Position numbers and translations under genes: made by a program | Part shown: in pieces, positions 46,421 to 61,600 of the stretch | Numbering within the stretch: position 1 is the first letter of the stretch | Layout: the number at the start of each line of letters is the position of its first letter | Assembly (NCBI RefSeq): GCF_009914755.1 | Contig: NC_060929.1 | Source: the human T2T-CHM13v2.0 reference genome, Homo sapiens | Reading direction: 5' to 3' (one strand) | DNA length: 64,000 nt | Notes under the pieces: generated by a model | Database searches by the model: none | Told to the model about the DNA's origin: nothing | The model's input: the letters and a program-made list of their open reading frames with translations, nothing else

Positions 46421-47545
46421 CTAGCTTGTTTTATCTTAGCCACATTTTAAAATCAAAGTTCAAGACTCTCTCCACCATAAACTGCAGAAGAGACTTTGAC
46501 TTCCACCTACAATGGGGGCAGTATCAACATTTCAGGAGTTGATGTCTGTACAAGCATTTAGGATCCCTGGTCTCTATTCCCTGACAGCCTTTGGGCAAAC
46601 CAATCCCCCTCCCACAGCCAAAAGCCTCTGGTGTGTGGAGTGTGGGGAAGGGAGAGAGGAGACGGGAGAAGCGAGAGTCCTGTCCCAGTTGAGAACCATC
46701 ACGGTAAACAGAAGACGAAATCAAAAGGCAGCAAGAAAATTTATGCAAGAAATACCTGTTTATCAAGCAAAGGAAGATGAAAAAAAGGAAGGAGAGACAC
46801 TGGGAAGATACATAACAGCATAACATATTTCTTCCCTCTTCCTACATCAAATCACATAATCTTAAACTGGTAATTAGACTAAAAACAATCCAAATTTTTA
46901 AAAAGTCATCAAGGCTCAATAGCTAACAGAAAACTGTTTTCTAAAAACAAATCCATATATGGTAGGCATTCTTCATCTGCTCTTTCATAAACTCTAAGCA
47001 CAAGATTTCCAATTAACTTATGACCTGCCAGACATCTACAAACCTAGCCTCTTGATAGAAGCATCGTGAGAAGCCCTTTCCCTTATTCAGCCTAATCTAA
47101 AAGAACTCAGATTGTCCCAAAATACAAAACAAAATTTGATTCAAAACCTCATGCTGGGACTAGTAAGAACCTATACTATCATAAGGGAGCCACTCATTTG
47201 GCTCCATAAGTATAAATGACTAAGAAGGTCAAACTGAGGGATACACAAAAAATACAACACCCACACTCCTTCCTCAGCCTGTCCTCTCTTTTCGACCATC
47301 TGATAAGGGCAATGTTCTGGAAAGCAGTCACAGGTGACTCACCCAGATGACTCCACAGAAGAGAGGTTACCTTTGCAAAGCTGGTGCTAGGTAGGTTCTC
47401 AGGACCAGGAATGCTTACCTAACAGTTGCACTCTCTTCTGCAACTTGCTCACCCACACTCCTCCCTCTTGTCCTCCTTCCTTCTGCCCTCTGTTCTTCTC
47501 CTCCCCATCCTCCCATTCCCTTGGCAATCCAACCTCTTTTCCCAG

Positions 47546-47861
47546 GTTTTTGTTGTTGTTGTTGTTTTGGGGTTTTTTTTTGAGATGAAGTCTCACTCTG
47601 TCACCCAGGCTGAAGTGCAGTGGCGCAATCTCGGCTCACTGCAAGCTCCGCCTTCGGGTTCACGCCATTCTTCTGCCTCAACCTCCTGAGTAGCTGGGAC
47701 TACTGGTGCCCGCCACCTCACCCGGCTAATTTTTTTGTATTTTTAGTAGAGACGGGGTTTCACCGTGTTAGCCAGGATGATCTCGATCTGCTGACCTTGT
47801 GATCCAGCCGCCTCGCCCTCCCAAAGTGCTGGGATTACAGGCATGAACCACCGCGTCCATC
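47546..47861 (-). mobile_element. AluY
   Basis: gcaagctccgcc, cacgccattc, caccgtgttagccaggat; TSD cctctt(tt)cccaggtttt. Confidence 0.93.
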
Positions 47862-48456
47862 CTCTTCCCAGGTTTTCTTCTTGACCACCCCGACTATGGA
47901 TTGCTTCGGAAGACATTTTACATAAAAGTCACGAAAGAGGTTACAGTAAGAATTCCAAGGCAGTCATATCCAGATTTCAGAATACTATGCCAATAAATGC
48001 TCACCTCCCCTAATCCTTGCTCAGTGTGCTGATGTGTCCCAGAGGAGAAGGAAAAGGATGCTAGAAGGGATTTAGGAAGTCTAAGGACATGCAATTGTCA
48101 CTGGCAGCCCTTCAGAGCCTTTGCTAGGAGAGAACTATTGCTCTCCTTGCAACACCTCAGTCAACAGTTCCTGATATGAGTCTGACTCTTCTCAATGACC
48201 CCAGCATTAACAGTGACACGCCTGATGTCCACAGCCCTGACAACCTGGACTGGTTTGCATTTCGGCAGAGATCTGCAAAAAGACAGCTTATCCAGCCCAC
48301 CTGCCCTAATTAAGGAGAAAGATCCCTGCATATGGTTTGTTAATTCTGACTTTCTTGAAGCAAACCCTAGCTTCTGGAAGAACTCATAAGGTAGGCCTCA
48401 AAATCTGAAGTGTCACAAGTCCCTTTTAATGACAGTAATTATGACACTTCTAGAGT

Positions 48457-48775
<319 letters not shown>

Positions 48776-49356
48776 TAAAAGGAACAGGAACTCCACACTT
48801 ATGTGAAAGCTATTCGTTTTCTCTAAGAAAGAGGTAAGTTTGAATAATTATTTATTTTTCCACTCTCACCAGCTCAGCCTAATGGATAGTTTGTTCTACC
48901 TGCTTGTAGGCACACAGACATCCATCTGTGCACCCATGGGTGCAATTTTTCAACCTATACTTTAACACTGTTCACCTCCAGGAGACACACTTTTTAGGGT
49001 GCTTCCCTAAAAGGTGCTTCCAACCCCAGGGCTGGATTTAGGACAAGCCGATCTCATCTTGAAAGAATAACTGCAAAGCTCTTTCAAGCTGTGAACTTCA
49101 GGGAGGATCCACAGAGTTGCCTTAGAGTATGAGAGCAATAATTTAGGAGAGGGCGCCGGATGAAGGCAGGACTCTGACCCTACTCTCCAGATTAAACAGA
49201 ACAACTCCACTTTTTAAAAAATAGTTGTCATAAGCAATATTTATTAAAATTAAAATATTTGTTAATAGTTTGATAGACTATGCCAAAGAGGCATTAAAGT
49301 CTGCAGAGTGGGGCAAAACTTATTCCCAGGCATCATGACCCTTAAAAAAATTCAGG

Positions 49357-49743
<387 letters not shown>

Positions 49744-49759
49744 TTAGGGGTCATCTGAA

Positions 49760-50190
49760 ACAAGTTTTAATGGTGTCTCACATTTTGTGGGTCAAGAATT
49801 TGGGCAAGGAGCAGCTGGGAGGTGCTTCTGTTCCATGTGGCAATGGCAGAGGTCGGTCACAGGCAGCATTCGGCCGGTGGACGGGCTGGTCTAGAGGCTT
49901 GGTTTGCATGTCAGTGGGGATAGCTGGAAGGCTGGGTCCAGATAAGAACATCCACTGAAGCGCCCAGATATGGCCTCTCCTGCCATGATGGCCTTAGGGG
50001 AGTTGGACTTACGAAGCGGAGCTCAGGGCTTGAAGAGCAGTGTTCCTTCCAACAAGACAGGAACTGCATGGCTTTCTGTGACTGGCCCTAGAAGTCAGTC
50101 CGGTGACACGTACTTTCGTCATCTCTATTGGTCAGGGCATTGACAAGTCCACCCAGATTCAAGGAGAGGGACCCTGTTTTAAAATCCAAA
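49760..50190 (-). mobile_element. MLT1 (MaLR) LTR relic
   Basis: tctcacattttgtgggtcaagaatttgggcaagg..cagctggg...tggcctctcc...ctagaagtc...tctattggtc...cccagattcaaggagagggga. Confidence 0.75.
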
Positions 50191-50392
50191 ACTTTTCCAG
50201 CCATACCGTATATAAATTCAAACACTCTAAAGGTAACATGCACTGAGACTTGAACATACACATTGAAAAAGGCCTGCTTCGGGACTCGGAGCCTGAGAAG
50301 AAAGAACCAGAATGCCTGCCTTTCAGAAAATCGGTCAAAACCAGACGGGACACAGCAGAATGGTATTATACAGACTTGGAGTTTAGAAATAG

Positions 50393-50762
<370 letters not shown>

Positions 50763-50913
50763 CCAATCACTTTTCTTTATAGGGCTTTGGCCCTTAGAAA
50801 TTTCTAGAAGATATTTCAATGAGGCTGCTCTCTCTTGAGGAGCAAATCTAATGCTTTCATCATCTCCAACTCATCCTTTAGAGTTTACAGTTTACACTCG
50901 CTATGCCTCAGAG

Positions 50914-51821
50914 TTTTTATTTATATATATATATATTTATTTTATTATTATTATACTTTAAGTTTTAGGGTACATGTGCACAATGTGCAGGTTTGTTACA
51001 TATGTATACATGTGCCATGCTGGTGTGCTGCACCCATTAACTCGTCATTTAGCATTAGGTATATCTCCTAATGCTATCCCTCCCCCCTCCCCCCACCCCA
51101 CAACAGGCCCCAGAGTGTAATGATCCCCTTCCTGTGTCCGTCCATGTGTTCTCATTGTTCAATTCCCACCTATGAGTGAGAACATGCGGTGTTTGGTTTT
51201 TTGTCCTTGCAATAGTTTACTGAGAATGATGATTTCCAATTTCATCCATGTCCCTACAAAGGACATGAACTCATCATTTTTTATGGCTGCATAGTATTCC
51301 ATGGTGTATATGTGCCACATTTTCTTAATCCAGTCTATCATTGTTGGACATTTGGGTTGGTTCCAAGTCTTTGCTATTGTGAATAGTGCCGCAATAAACA
51401 TACGTGTGCATGTGTCTTTATAGCAGCATGATTTATAGTCCTTTGGGTATATACCCAGTAATGGGATGGCTGGGTCAAATGGTATTTCTAGTTCTAGATC
51501 CCTGAGGAATCGCCACACTGACTTCCACAATGGTTGAACTAGTTTACAGTCCCACCAACAGTGTAAAAGTGTTCCTATTTCTCCACATCCTCTCCAGCAC
51601 CTGTTGTTTCCTGACTTTTTAATGATTGCCATTCTAACTGGTGTGAGATGGTATCTCATTGTGGTTTTGATTTGCATTTCTCTGATGGCCAGTGATGGTG
51701 AGCATTTTTTCATGTGTTTTTTGGCTGCATAAATGTCTTATTTTGAGAAGTGTCTGTTCATGTCCTTCGCCCATTTTTTGGTGGGGTTGTTTGTTTTTTT
51801 CTCGTAAATTTGTTTGAGTTC
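50914..51821 (-). mobile_element. 5'-truncated L1PA (PA3/PA4-like) 3' fragment
   Basis: 3'UTR plus an intact ORF2 C-terminal frame at 51159-51713 ([18 protein letters not shown] ... MFSLIGGN*). Confidence 0.95.
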
Positions 51822-51967
51822 TTTTTATTTTTTTAAATTTATTCAATCATAGAAAGGCGACGATGATCTATGAATGATGATCTACAATGATCAACAAGGA
51901 CCTCAAACAGTGATCATCTAAGGGAGCAACAGATTGAAAAGCACCTCCCATCAGTCTCACGCCAAGG

Positions 51968-52208
51968 CAATGGTTCTCAACCCAGACAATTCTGCCCTCT
52001 TCCACACCTCCAGAGCACATTTATTTGGTAAGGTCTAGAGACACTTTTCATGGTCACGAATGGGGAAGCAAGGTTCTACTGGCATCTAGTCAGCAGAGGC
52101 CAGGGACACCGCTAGGCATCCACTATAGGAAGCACAGGACAACAGAGCACCCACAATGCCACATGATCAGCGCAGAACGCTATGAGCACCGAGGCTGAGA
52201 AACCCTGT
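51968..52208. mobile_element. MER20 (hAT-Charlie)
   Basis: TIR-like ends caatggttctcaac...gaggctgagaaaccctg; internal ctactggcatctagt...agaggccaggga. Confidence 0.8.
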
Positions 52209-52405
52209 GCTGGGGCGCCCGCTCTAATGGAGCCGACTGCCAAGCAGCTCCAAACTATTCTCAATGTGATTTCTCTCTATTTTCGGACCATGTGTGTACA
52301 GTTTAATTTTTATGAGTTAAATGCACATATGCCGTGGCTCCAGTGAAATATCTCATTTTTAAAAAGAGTTCTCCTACTAAAAGAAAATCATCATTCTCAA
52401 ACTCC

Positions 52406-52500
52406 TTTTTTTTTTTTTTTGGAGATGGAGTCTTGCTCTGTCACCCAGGCTGGAGTGTAGTGGCTCGATCTCGGCTCACTGCAACCTCTGCCTCCCAGGT
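52406..52500 (-). mobile_element. Heavily 5'-truncated Alu (3' ~80 nt plus tail)
   Basis: poly-T followed by gagatggagtcttgctctgtcacccaggctggag...cctcccaggt; flanking aaaa(t/c)catcattctca. Confidence 0.88.
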
Positions 52501-53774
52501 AAAACCATCATTCTCATTATGACACCATCCTTTAACTGAATCCTTAGGAGTCACTTTTAATTTAGAATCCCCAATCTCATCAATCATAATAAAAACAAAC
52601 AGAAAACAAACCTTAAAGGATTCAGTATTCAGTGGTTCCCAAATGCTCTGGTCCTCCGTTTCTTAAGATAATGAGCTGAAATGTTTATGCATGGATGCAG
52701 GCAAACCCCAAGTTAGAGAGTAACAGCCACTCTTTCAGTGCTGTCGTCTGGCAGAGGGAGAACAGCAGCAGCAATGACACAGACAGGGTGTAATCTGAGC
52801 AAACACACTCTAGACCTCTCCACCCATTCCTAAGTCAGCACAGATGCCTGCCTGCATCTCGGTGGAGTTACTTTCTTCCTTGCAGTAATACTCTCTCTCA
52901 CACACCCTGCTCTGTTTGTGGCAGTCATGCTTTGGTTAACACTTACAAATCAAAAGCTGTCAAGCTACCAGACAGAAAACACCATTTAGAAACTGTTGGG
53001 TTCACCTTTGGAAAACTCCTGATAGTCATTTTTATTGGGTCTCTTCCACCACAAATTTGTAAAGCTATTTCCCATTTCTAAACATTAATTGCTACTTTCC
53101 TCTTAAAACGTGGTTTCAATGACACCAATACATGGCAAGTAAAACCACAATTCCCTCAGTGAAATAAATTACTGCATTGCTGGGTTGGTGCAAACTGCAG
53201 TGCAGAACTGTTAGCAGGTCAGGCCTGTTAATGGTGTGTGATACATTGCTATTCTCTCAGGACAAACATAAATACATTTTACACAATTTTTTGGCTTTGC
53301 CTTCCCCTTTCCCCCTAAGCTGTTGGTCCAGGAAGTAGAATCTAACTGCCCCACAAAGCAGCTGGCCACCAAGAATGGTCCTCACTAGTCAGTGTTCCTC
53401 CCGAGAAACACATACTCTCTAAGAAATCTGACCACAGGGCTCATTTAATTTTTTAAATGACTATTAATTTTAACTCATCTCAAAATACACACTCTAGAAG
53501 TCCCTTGATTCTAAAAGCATAGGAAGCCCCGGTAAATGCCAGTTTCCAGCACCTGTCTGCTATGGAGAAGAGCAAACATGACACAGGAGCTCCAGGACAC
53601 TCAGGAGCAGGCTTCAAAAGCGACAGGGTGGCACCAGCACTTACATGCACTACATGCCTAAAACAACATCAGCTACCTAAACGCTCTGAGCACCTTGGCT
53701 GAGGGGCAACAATTAGGGAGAAACTTTCAGAAGGCACTGGATTACTCAAAGCAGACTCCCTCCTATTACGATAG

Positions 53775-54000
53775 CAGCGCCAATGACTACTTACTAAATT
53801 CCAGGTATGCCTTACATAGGTTCCCTCATTTAATCCTCCCAACAATTTTATGAAGTAGGCATGATTATCCCCATCTTGCAGATGAGAAGACTAAGCCCTG
53901 GAGAGAAGAATAATTTGCCTGAGGTCATAGAGCCTGGGAATGGGGAGCAGGGCCTGGACCCTGAGCCTGCCTGACTCTTAAGGCTGGGGCTTCCCACCAC
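53775..54000 (-). mobile_element. MIR
   Basis: ctcatttaatcctcccaacaa..ttatgaagtagg...attatccccatcttgcagatgagaagact...tttgcctgaggtcatagagc. Confidence 0.8.
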
Positions 54001-56229
54001 ACACCACACATTCTGCCCAGAATTCAGTCCTTCCTTACTGTGGCAAAATGCAGCTGGGAGGGGCTGTCTCCCAAGCATTCTCTTCCTCCAAGGAACCTGA
54101 CAAGTCTCTCTAATGTTTCTTAACTGGTAAAATATTTAAAGGGGCTGCATTATCACCAAACAAAATCTAACCTTGTGTATTTAATCATTAACATTTTTAG
54201 GCTACAGAAAAGGCATGCTCTTTAGATTCAGGGTGAGCTGGGCTGCTTGTGAGGTACAACTGGGATCCAGAAAAGACCAGAAGATACAGACTGAGACACC
54301 ACTGAGGCCTGCCTAGCTGGAGGAAGAACTTGGAGACCCTTAACGGGGTCAGGCCTTGTAAAGAAGGGGGATGAAACTGGGGTGATGATTGGGGATCTTA
54401 TCTAGGCTGTGGGAAAACAGCATGTGTAATAGGGGAGGAAATCATCTAGAGGAAAATAGAGAAGATACAAATGGAAGAAAAGATGGAACACATCAAGATT
54501 TCTCTGACTTGCATTGTAAAAATGGAAGCAAATTCTTACAAAATAACCACAAACTTTGATTCTTATACTTCCACTCCATATAAAACTGTACTTAAGTGAT
54601 TTAGACCTTATTCAGGGAGTCATTAACAAATGCATGTATACTATTTGACTTTGCAGGAAGAAAACCACGAATATGAACCAATCTTCTTGCTTATTAACAT
54701 TAATTTTTATAGCGGATTGGAATCTTACGAATACAGAACTCCATCACATTATTTTCATTTTATAGCAAGTTGAAACCCCATTAATACAGAATTCCATCAT
54801 GTTTCAGCATTTAATTTTGTAAACATGAACACTATTGTTTAGTCTCCATTAACTTTCTTTCTGCCACTATGGTTATAGACCCCCATAGATTGCTTTAAAA
54901 AGAGAAAGAAAGAGAGAGAGAACTATTGCATTGAAACTATGTCACATGCAATAAGTATACAAATAAGCAAAAGGTGTGCCTTCATCCACAGGCAATGCTG
55001 AAACTCTTCTGCACTAAAGAGTGTGCATTCTAAAATACCCTCCATAAATGCTTAAGGCTCATAGCTGGGGAAGGTGGGCACTCCCACCTCACTTTTGTTT
55101 ATACTTTCAAGAATCCTGAAGAGAATAATCAAGTTTTCCCCACATGTAAATGAATGAATGAAACTAGATTTTCCAAATAAGCCATTTTTTATTAACACAT
55201 ATGTATTCTTAATTTGTTTCTAATTTGCATGGCTTTGCACACAGTATATTTTGGGTTCAAGTAAACATTTACCATTTGCTCCAAAGCACTACGCTAGCAC
55301 CACACAACAGGACAAGCTCATAGATAACTATATCAGTGCCAAAAAACAGCCCCCATGAGAAGTTCAAACACCAGACTATAAGGACACTACCACCAAATCA
55401 CTTCCTAAAGGCCTGGTTTTCCCCAGAATAACAAAGTAACGATTAATGCCACTGTGCAAGATGAAATACACTCTTTTCATTCAAGCTCTAATAGCCTAGA
55501 CAACAGTCATTCTTCTTGCTGCTTTGGCAACTGGCTCAACTCATTGCTGGCCTGCAGAGAGCCTGCCAGCTTTAGATCAATAAGTCCTGTGATCTTTAAT
55601 ACAGAACAGAAGCCACAACCCAACTGATTCTTTCTGTAGTCATCAATCAGGGTTTGACTCCAGCTTATCTCTTGACCCACCGGGAGATGGGCTGTCTGCC
55701 ACACATCCCCTGGAGAGAAATGAGAAGGGTTGTATAAAGCAGGCACCGGCAGAAGTCAGGGAAACCAGTGAAAGGGATTTCCAGGAGGAACTGTGTTCTC
55801 TGTCCCAGAGGAGGCACACAAATTCCACCCAAAAATGGTCAGCTGTCAAGGATTCCAGAGGAAGCACACTCTCCCCTAGATAGCAGGCCAAGTGGTAAAG
55901 CCTGAAGGTCAATTTCAAGAGACACATCCTCAGCCAGGCTGGGAGGAGGGCCCAGAGTGGGCAGATGAAACCTAGCAAGCAGCAAGCAATAAAGTCTCCG
56001 CAGATCAGAGTTTGCGAATTTAAATAACATTTCTTGATTTTGCAAATTCTCTTTAGCAACTTTTAATCTTGAATTAACCTCCTATAACTATTCTAAATTT
56101 TAAAACTCCCTTGTAATTGTAAATCTCTTCTTGTTTGTGAATTAACTAAGAAGTTAAATAAGACAGATAAACAAACAGCAATGCTTTGAGTTACCAGCCT
56201 AGAAGTGGCTGTGTGGCTTACCATCCTGG

Positions 56230-56450
56230 TTTTCTTTTCTTTTTTTTTTTTTCTTTTTGAGATGGAGTTTCGCTCGTCACCCAGGCTGGAGTACAGTGGC
56301 GCAATCTCGGCTCACTGCAACCTCGTCTCCTGGGTTCAAGCGATTCTCCTGCCTCAGCCTCCCAAGTAGCTGGGATTACAGGTGCCTGCCACCACGCCCA
56401 GCTAATTATTGTATTTTTAGTAGAGATGGGGTTTCACCATGCTGGCCAGG
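56230..56450 (-). mobile_element. 5'-truncated AluS
   Basis: Right arm plus part of left arm; TSD-like tacc(at)cctggttttct. Confidence 0.9.
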
Positions 56451-56642
56451 ACTACCCTGGTTTTCTAAGTGCAGCCCACTGTAAGACCTGGTTTCCTTGG
56501 TTGGGGCCCATGGCAACAGAGTTGCAATTCTCCAAATGGAGTTGGACAGTGGCAGAGACCCTGTGTGCAGGACTTCATCCTACTCCTGTTGCTACAGTGA
56601 CCAAACGTGACCTTCCAGTCACACCTGCAGCATTCTATACGT

Positions 56643-56668
56643 ACACACACACACACACACACACACAC
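56643..56668. repeat. (CA)n microsatellite
   Basis: About 12-13 AC units. Confidence 0.9.
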
Positions 56669-58234
56669 CCCTCTACAAACAGAGGGTAAGTCTGATGAGC
56701 TCCAAGTCACACATCCCTCTGAAAAGGCGGGGACTGGGCTGCAAAACGAGGGTAGGCTCCTAGCTGCTGGTAAGGAAAGGGGCAACTTCAAGCCTATTTT
56801 TTCCACAGTCATCTTGATTCTTCTGGGGAAGCTGAGCTATTGGGGCCATCGTCCAACTTCAGAGGGCACCACTCACACACAATCCAATGTGAAAGGAGCC
56901 CCATCTGCTGAGCAAAGTGGCAGTCCTGCCTCCTACCCACCCCCAAACCTGAACAAGCCTGTCTTCACCACCAACTTTAAGGAGCCAGTTTGATTTTGCT
57001 ACATCTCCATTTTCTAACCTATATATAATCTCAAGATAGCCTCAACTACATACAAGTTATTTGGCAACACTTCTACAGACTTTTCTGCCTACAAATATCT
57101 CAGAGAGAGCACTGGATTAGGAGTCGGAAGTCGTATCTTCATTTATGTCATTCATTCACCAAACAAATGCATGTTTAAGTACCTAATACAATGCAGGCAC
57201 CAAAGGTATGAAGGTGAACAAACAAGACAGACAAGAGCCCCTGGCCTCACGGGGCTTTAGCCAAGTTATTCAGTGTCCTAAACTGAAATTAAGGGGCTTA
57301 GACAAGAAGCTCTGTGAAGTCTCTCCCAGCTTTCCTATTCTCCACTCTCTGCATTGGCGCCAAGAGGGGACTGAAGCATTCTGGAATGTTCCGCCTCCCT
57401 GAACAGATGCTATTTTAACTCCACTTACATATAGACATATAGGTCGGGTTGCGGCCAGGTGACTTCTCTCCATTCTGCCAACCATAAACTACACATTTTC
57501 ATCCCAGAGTTATTAAACTAACCGGTGCCCTAGTCCAGAAGGCCCACTGGCATGCACATCTCAGGCTCCATGGCACAGGGACCCTCATAGCCCCATTCCT
57601 TCCAATGAGGAAATCTGGTTCCTTCAGATCCAAACTAAAGAAAAACAGGAGCAGGGCTGCCAAGCCTTCCTCACATGCTGCCTGGGTTTGTTTATTTCTT
57701 CTTCATCAACTCACATCATTTCTGACACTGCACTTCAACATCCTGAACACAGCCAGGGAAAAAAGCTTTTAAGAGGCACTGAAGTGCAGCCAACTTCTGA
57801 TTAGCCACAGTCCTGAAGGAAAGGAGCAGCACGTGGCCAAAGCAAGAGGACTCTTGCATCCGCGTAGAGAAGGGCAAAGATTCACGTACAGGATACGGAG
57901 AAGCCTTAAGCGATCAAGTGCACATTCTTCCCTCTCCACGCCCCACCCCCAGCAATTCCCTTCAGACATTTCAGGAGAACCCCTGGCTGGAGTCTTGCCT
58001 TCTGGGAGTTTCTGAGGGCACCGCATCCAACTGAAAGGGAGGTGTCCGCAGTCTCCATCATCAACTGGCAGGGGAAAATACCAGCTCCTGAATCAATGGG
58101 GGGAACAGATTTGTATAAGCACGATACGAACCTAAGCTATGATTAAATGTACTTAACAGTGGGTAGGGTCTTCATGAGCACAACTCAAGAGAAGTTTTTT
58201 TTTTCTTCAGAGCTAAGTTGAAATACAGTAAGCA

Positions 58235-58600
<366 letters not shown>

Positions 58601-61600
58601 TCAGACATGAGACAGTAAGGGTGTGAATGAAGACGGACATGGGAAAGGCTGAGCCCCAGCAAGACTCCTGACGAGGCAGTGGATGCCTTGTCCTTTCAGA
58701 TGATATGCACAGGCCCTCGAAGTTAACCAGCAACTGCCTAGGGCTGTGTCAGACACTCTAAAAGCCCTTTCTATCCTCCCCTCTCCAGCCTCCCTCACTT
58801 TCCCTGTCTCCCCTGGTCACTTTGCTTCCCTCCCCACAGAAAGAAACCAAGCTGCTTTTGGGGAATGGTGCCAGCTGGTGGCTAGTACAAAGAACTGTTT
58901 CTCACCACTACTTCTCTCTCCTTTCTCTTAAAGAAACCTTTATTGCTCTCCTCCTCATCCTTTTTCCTCTGTTTCTACTAATTTTGATCACAGAAAGCTT
59001 AATTTCAAAGTTAGAATCCAGATTCCCCACTTCCCTACAAGGAGACCTCGGGCAAGTCACAGGACCTCTCTTTGCCTCACTCCCTCTCTGCAAACATGAA
59101 CAGAAATACCTGCCTACTCAGCAGGGCATTTATGAAGCCCTCGATAGCTACTTCCACTCTGAACAGAACTGCATTCACCTGACAGAAGGCACAGCTCTGA
59201 CTGACTCTCTGCTAACTCTACCATGTGCTTTGACACTCCGAATAATGCTCAACTCAAAGGAATTTGTCCGATGACCACTATGCTGCAAATAAAACAAGTC
59301 AACAGCAGAGGACCCACAAGCCTTCCTCAGAAGCAAAAGACTAAGTCCCAACTCTGCAGGAGCTCATTTCTCTGGTGGATTTCTTCATTTTCAGATGGAA
59401 TGCCATGTTCCTGAGTAGCTGGCTGAGTCCTACATCAGGACTTATAGCAACTAACCTCTCACTGTGGCAGGAGACACCATCTGTTCCTGACCACAGTGCC
59501 CTGAAGGGTTACTGTGCCTCCCGGCCCCTCCCTTGGCACACTGGATATCGAGCTCTCGTTTTACCAGGAGAGACGTGGACAGGCCCTGTGTGGCTCTGCT
59601 GATCCCAAAATGCCATCTTGCTGTGATAAAGACCTCAAAAGGGCTAATGAAATTATCTCCTCTGCCTTTTATTCCTCAGTAACAACCACAAAATTAGATA
59701 AAATGACCCCCTGCTCCTCTAATTTAAGGCCTACTTTATTACCTTCTACCCCAATTCTCTCTCTTTTAAACGGATATGAGACCCTGAACACCCACAGGCC
59801 AATGGGATTAGTAATTGCTGGCTTCTTCCTCCTGGCCTGTTCTCCAGAGAGAATGTCTCCTTCCCCCAGGGTGGGGTCACAATCAGTTCAATCTTCATGC
59901 TTCAGAGACATCCCCTTTGAACAAGATCAGATGTTTCCCCACCCCTCCCTGGTGCTCCGCTCAAAGGAGCAGCAGCCCCTTCTCACTCAGAGTATTGGCG
60001 TCAACTCAGCCAGAAAGGCAATGGCAAAAAGAAGGAGGTCAGCATGGTTAACTGTCCACCAGGCTAAAACACAGGCCCACTCAAACCAGCACCTTGGGAG
60101 GGCTGGTCACCCCCATAAAATGTTAAGTGCACTTTGAACCCGGGAACAAGGAGAATGAGAACTATTTTCCCCAGCCTGCTGGGCTGCAAGGAGAGCTTCA
60201 GCTGTTTGTTTTCTTTTTCAAATTGTGGCCATAAAGGGAAGAAGGACTTCTCTGCAGTCATGTCAAGTAAGTAGATGAAATGCAGGCGAGGTGAGCCCTG
60301 AAGCTTGGCCATTAGGAAATAAAGTCAGGAAAGATAAGCATCAATGGAGGAGGTCTGAAGGGAGCCAACCAAGTCTTCCCCAGATTTGAAGAAGAAACCT
60401 GAGAAAACAGGATTTCAGAAGCCTGAGACATTGCTCAATATAAGAATGATTTATAGGGAAAAGGGGGAAAAGGAATCATAGAACGCAGAATATTTACTCT
60501 TTAACATTAAAAAAGATGGATGAGGACTTTTTTCAGTCTTTTGCCTATTTGGAAATATTACTCCTATTAACTACTTATCCAAAGGACTTCCTTCTTAAAA
60601 AGGCCCATAGTGTTAAGAAGATGCTAAGGAACAGGAAACAGTCATTTCTTAACTGAAAGGGGACATGATAATGATAAAACAATACCTCCTATCTTTTTGT
60701 AAGGGAAAAAGTCTAAGATATTCAATTTAAAATCAACTTTTCCTGGAAACAAGTACCTGTACGTTTTCCTGAAATCAACAACAAAACCCCTACAGTAGGT
60801 AAGACAAACTGGTCACCCAATCACAGCTGACAAGCTACCTAGTCCAAGTAAATGGTGGTTCCTAAATTATGCATTGATTGTGCTCTGGAAATGGAATAGA
60901 GCAAACTCTTCCCAGAGATGTCAATATATGCATGCAGCTTTGCAATGAAACTTGAAAGGCTGTTTCAGAGACTTTGCTTCCTCTTTAAGGAACTACAACT
61001 AAAGATAAAGGCTTCACCTGAAAAACAAAAATCCACAAAGGCTGAGGGAGGATGTGCCATGTATTAATCTTTGTACTAATACCTGGTTCCCAGGCATTTC
61101 AGCAATAAAGGAAACTGCGATGCAGAGCCCAGTATGCTAATGTCACTGGAGTCCCAGATCAGGAGACAAGCTGCTGTGTCTGCTAGTTGCCTTTGCTCTG
61201 ATTTCTCCCAAATGTCAACCCTGGACACAAGGGGCCCATGTTGGACAGTGTCTTTGGATCAAGGCCAATCTATAAAAGCAGCTGTATTAAAAATACACAC
61301 ACACCCTGACATACAAATTCAACTGATAAGGCTCTAGCAGTCCCATCTTCAGAAATAGTAAACATTTCACTGAATGAAAACGCAGTACCTTATTAACAAG
61401 TCCAAAACACGTATGACAAGTTCAGAAGCTTTAAGGAGATTCAGGAACTAAACCACTTCTTGGACTACTTGGGGTAGTCAAGATTCAACTAGCGACCTCT
61501 GTGAAGTGAGCCTGAACACACACCTCGTGAGCCCCTACATGGAGCCGGGCAGCTCAATAACTTGAGGGTTTGACCTACTTCATCATGGTTGCTGCTTTTC

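Noticed and set aside
59514-60137. 207-aa + strand ORF (longest non-L1 ORF)
   Set aside because: No recognisable domain, starts at a GTG, composition looks random, and it lies opposite the inferred transcription direction.
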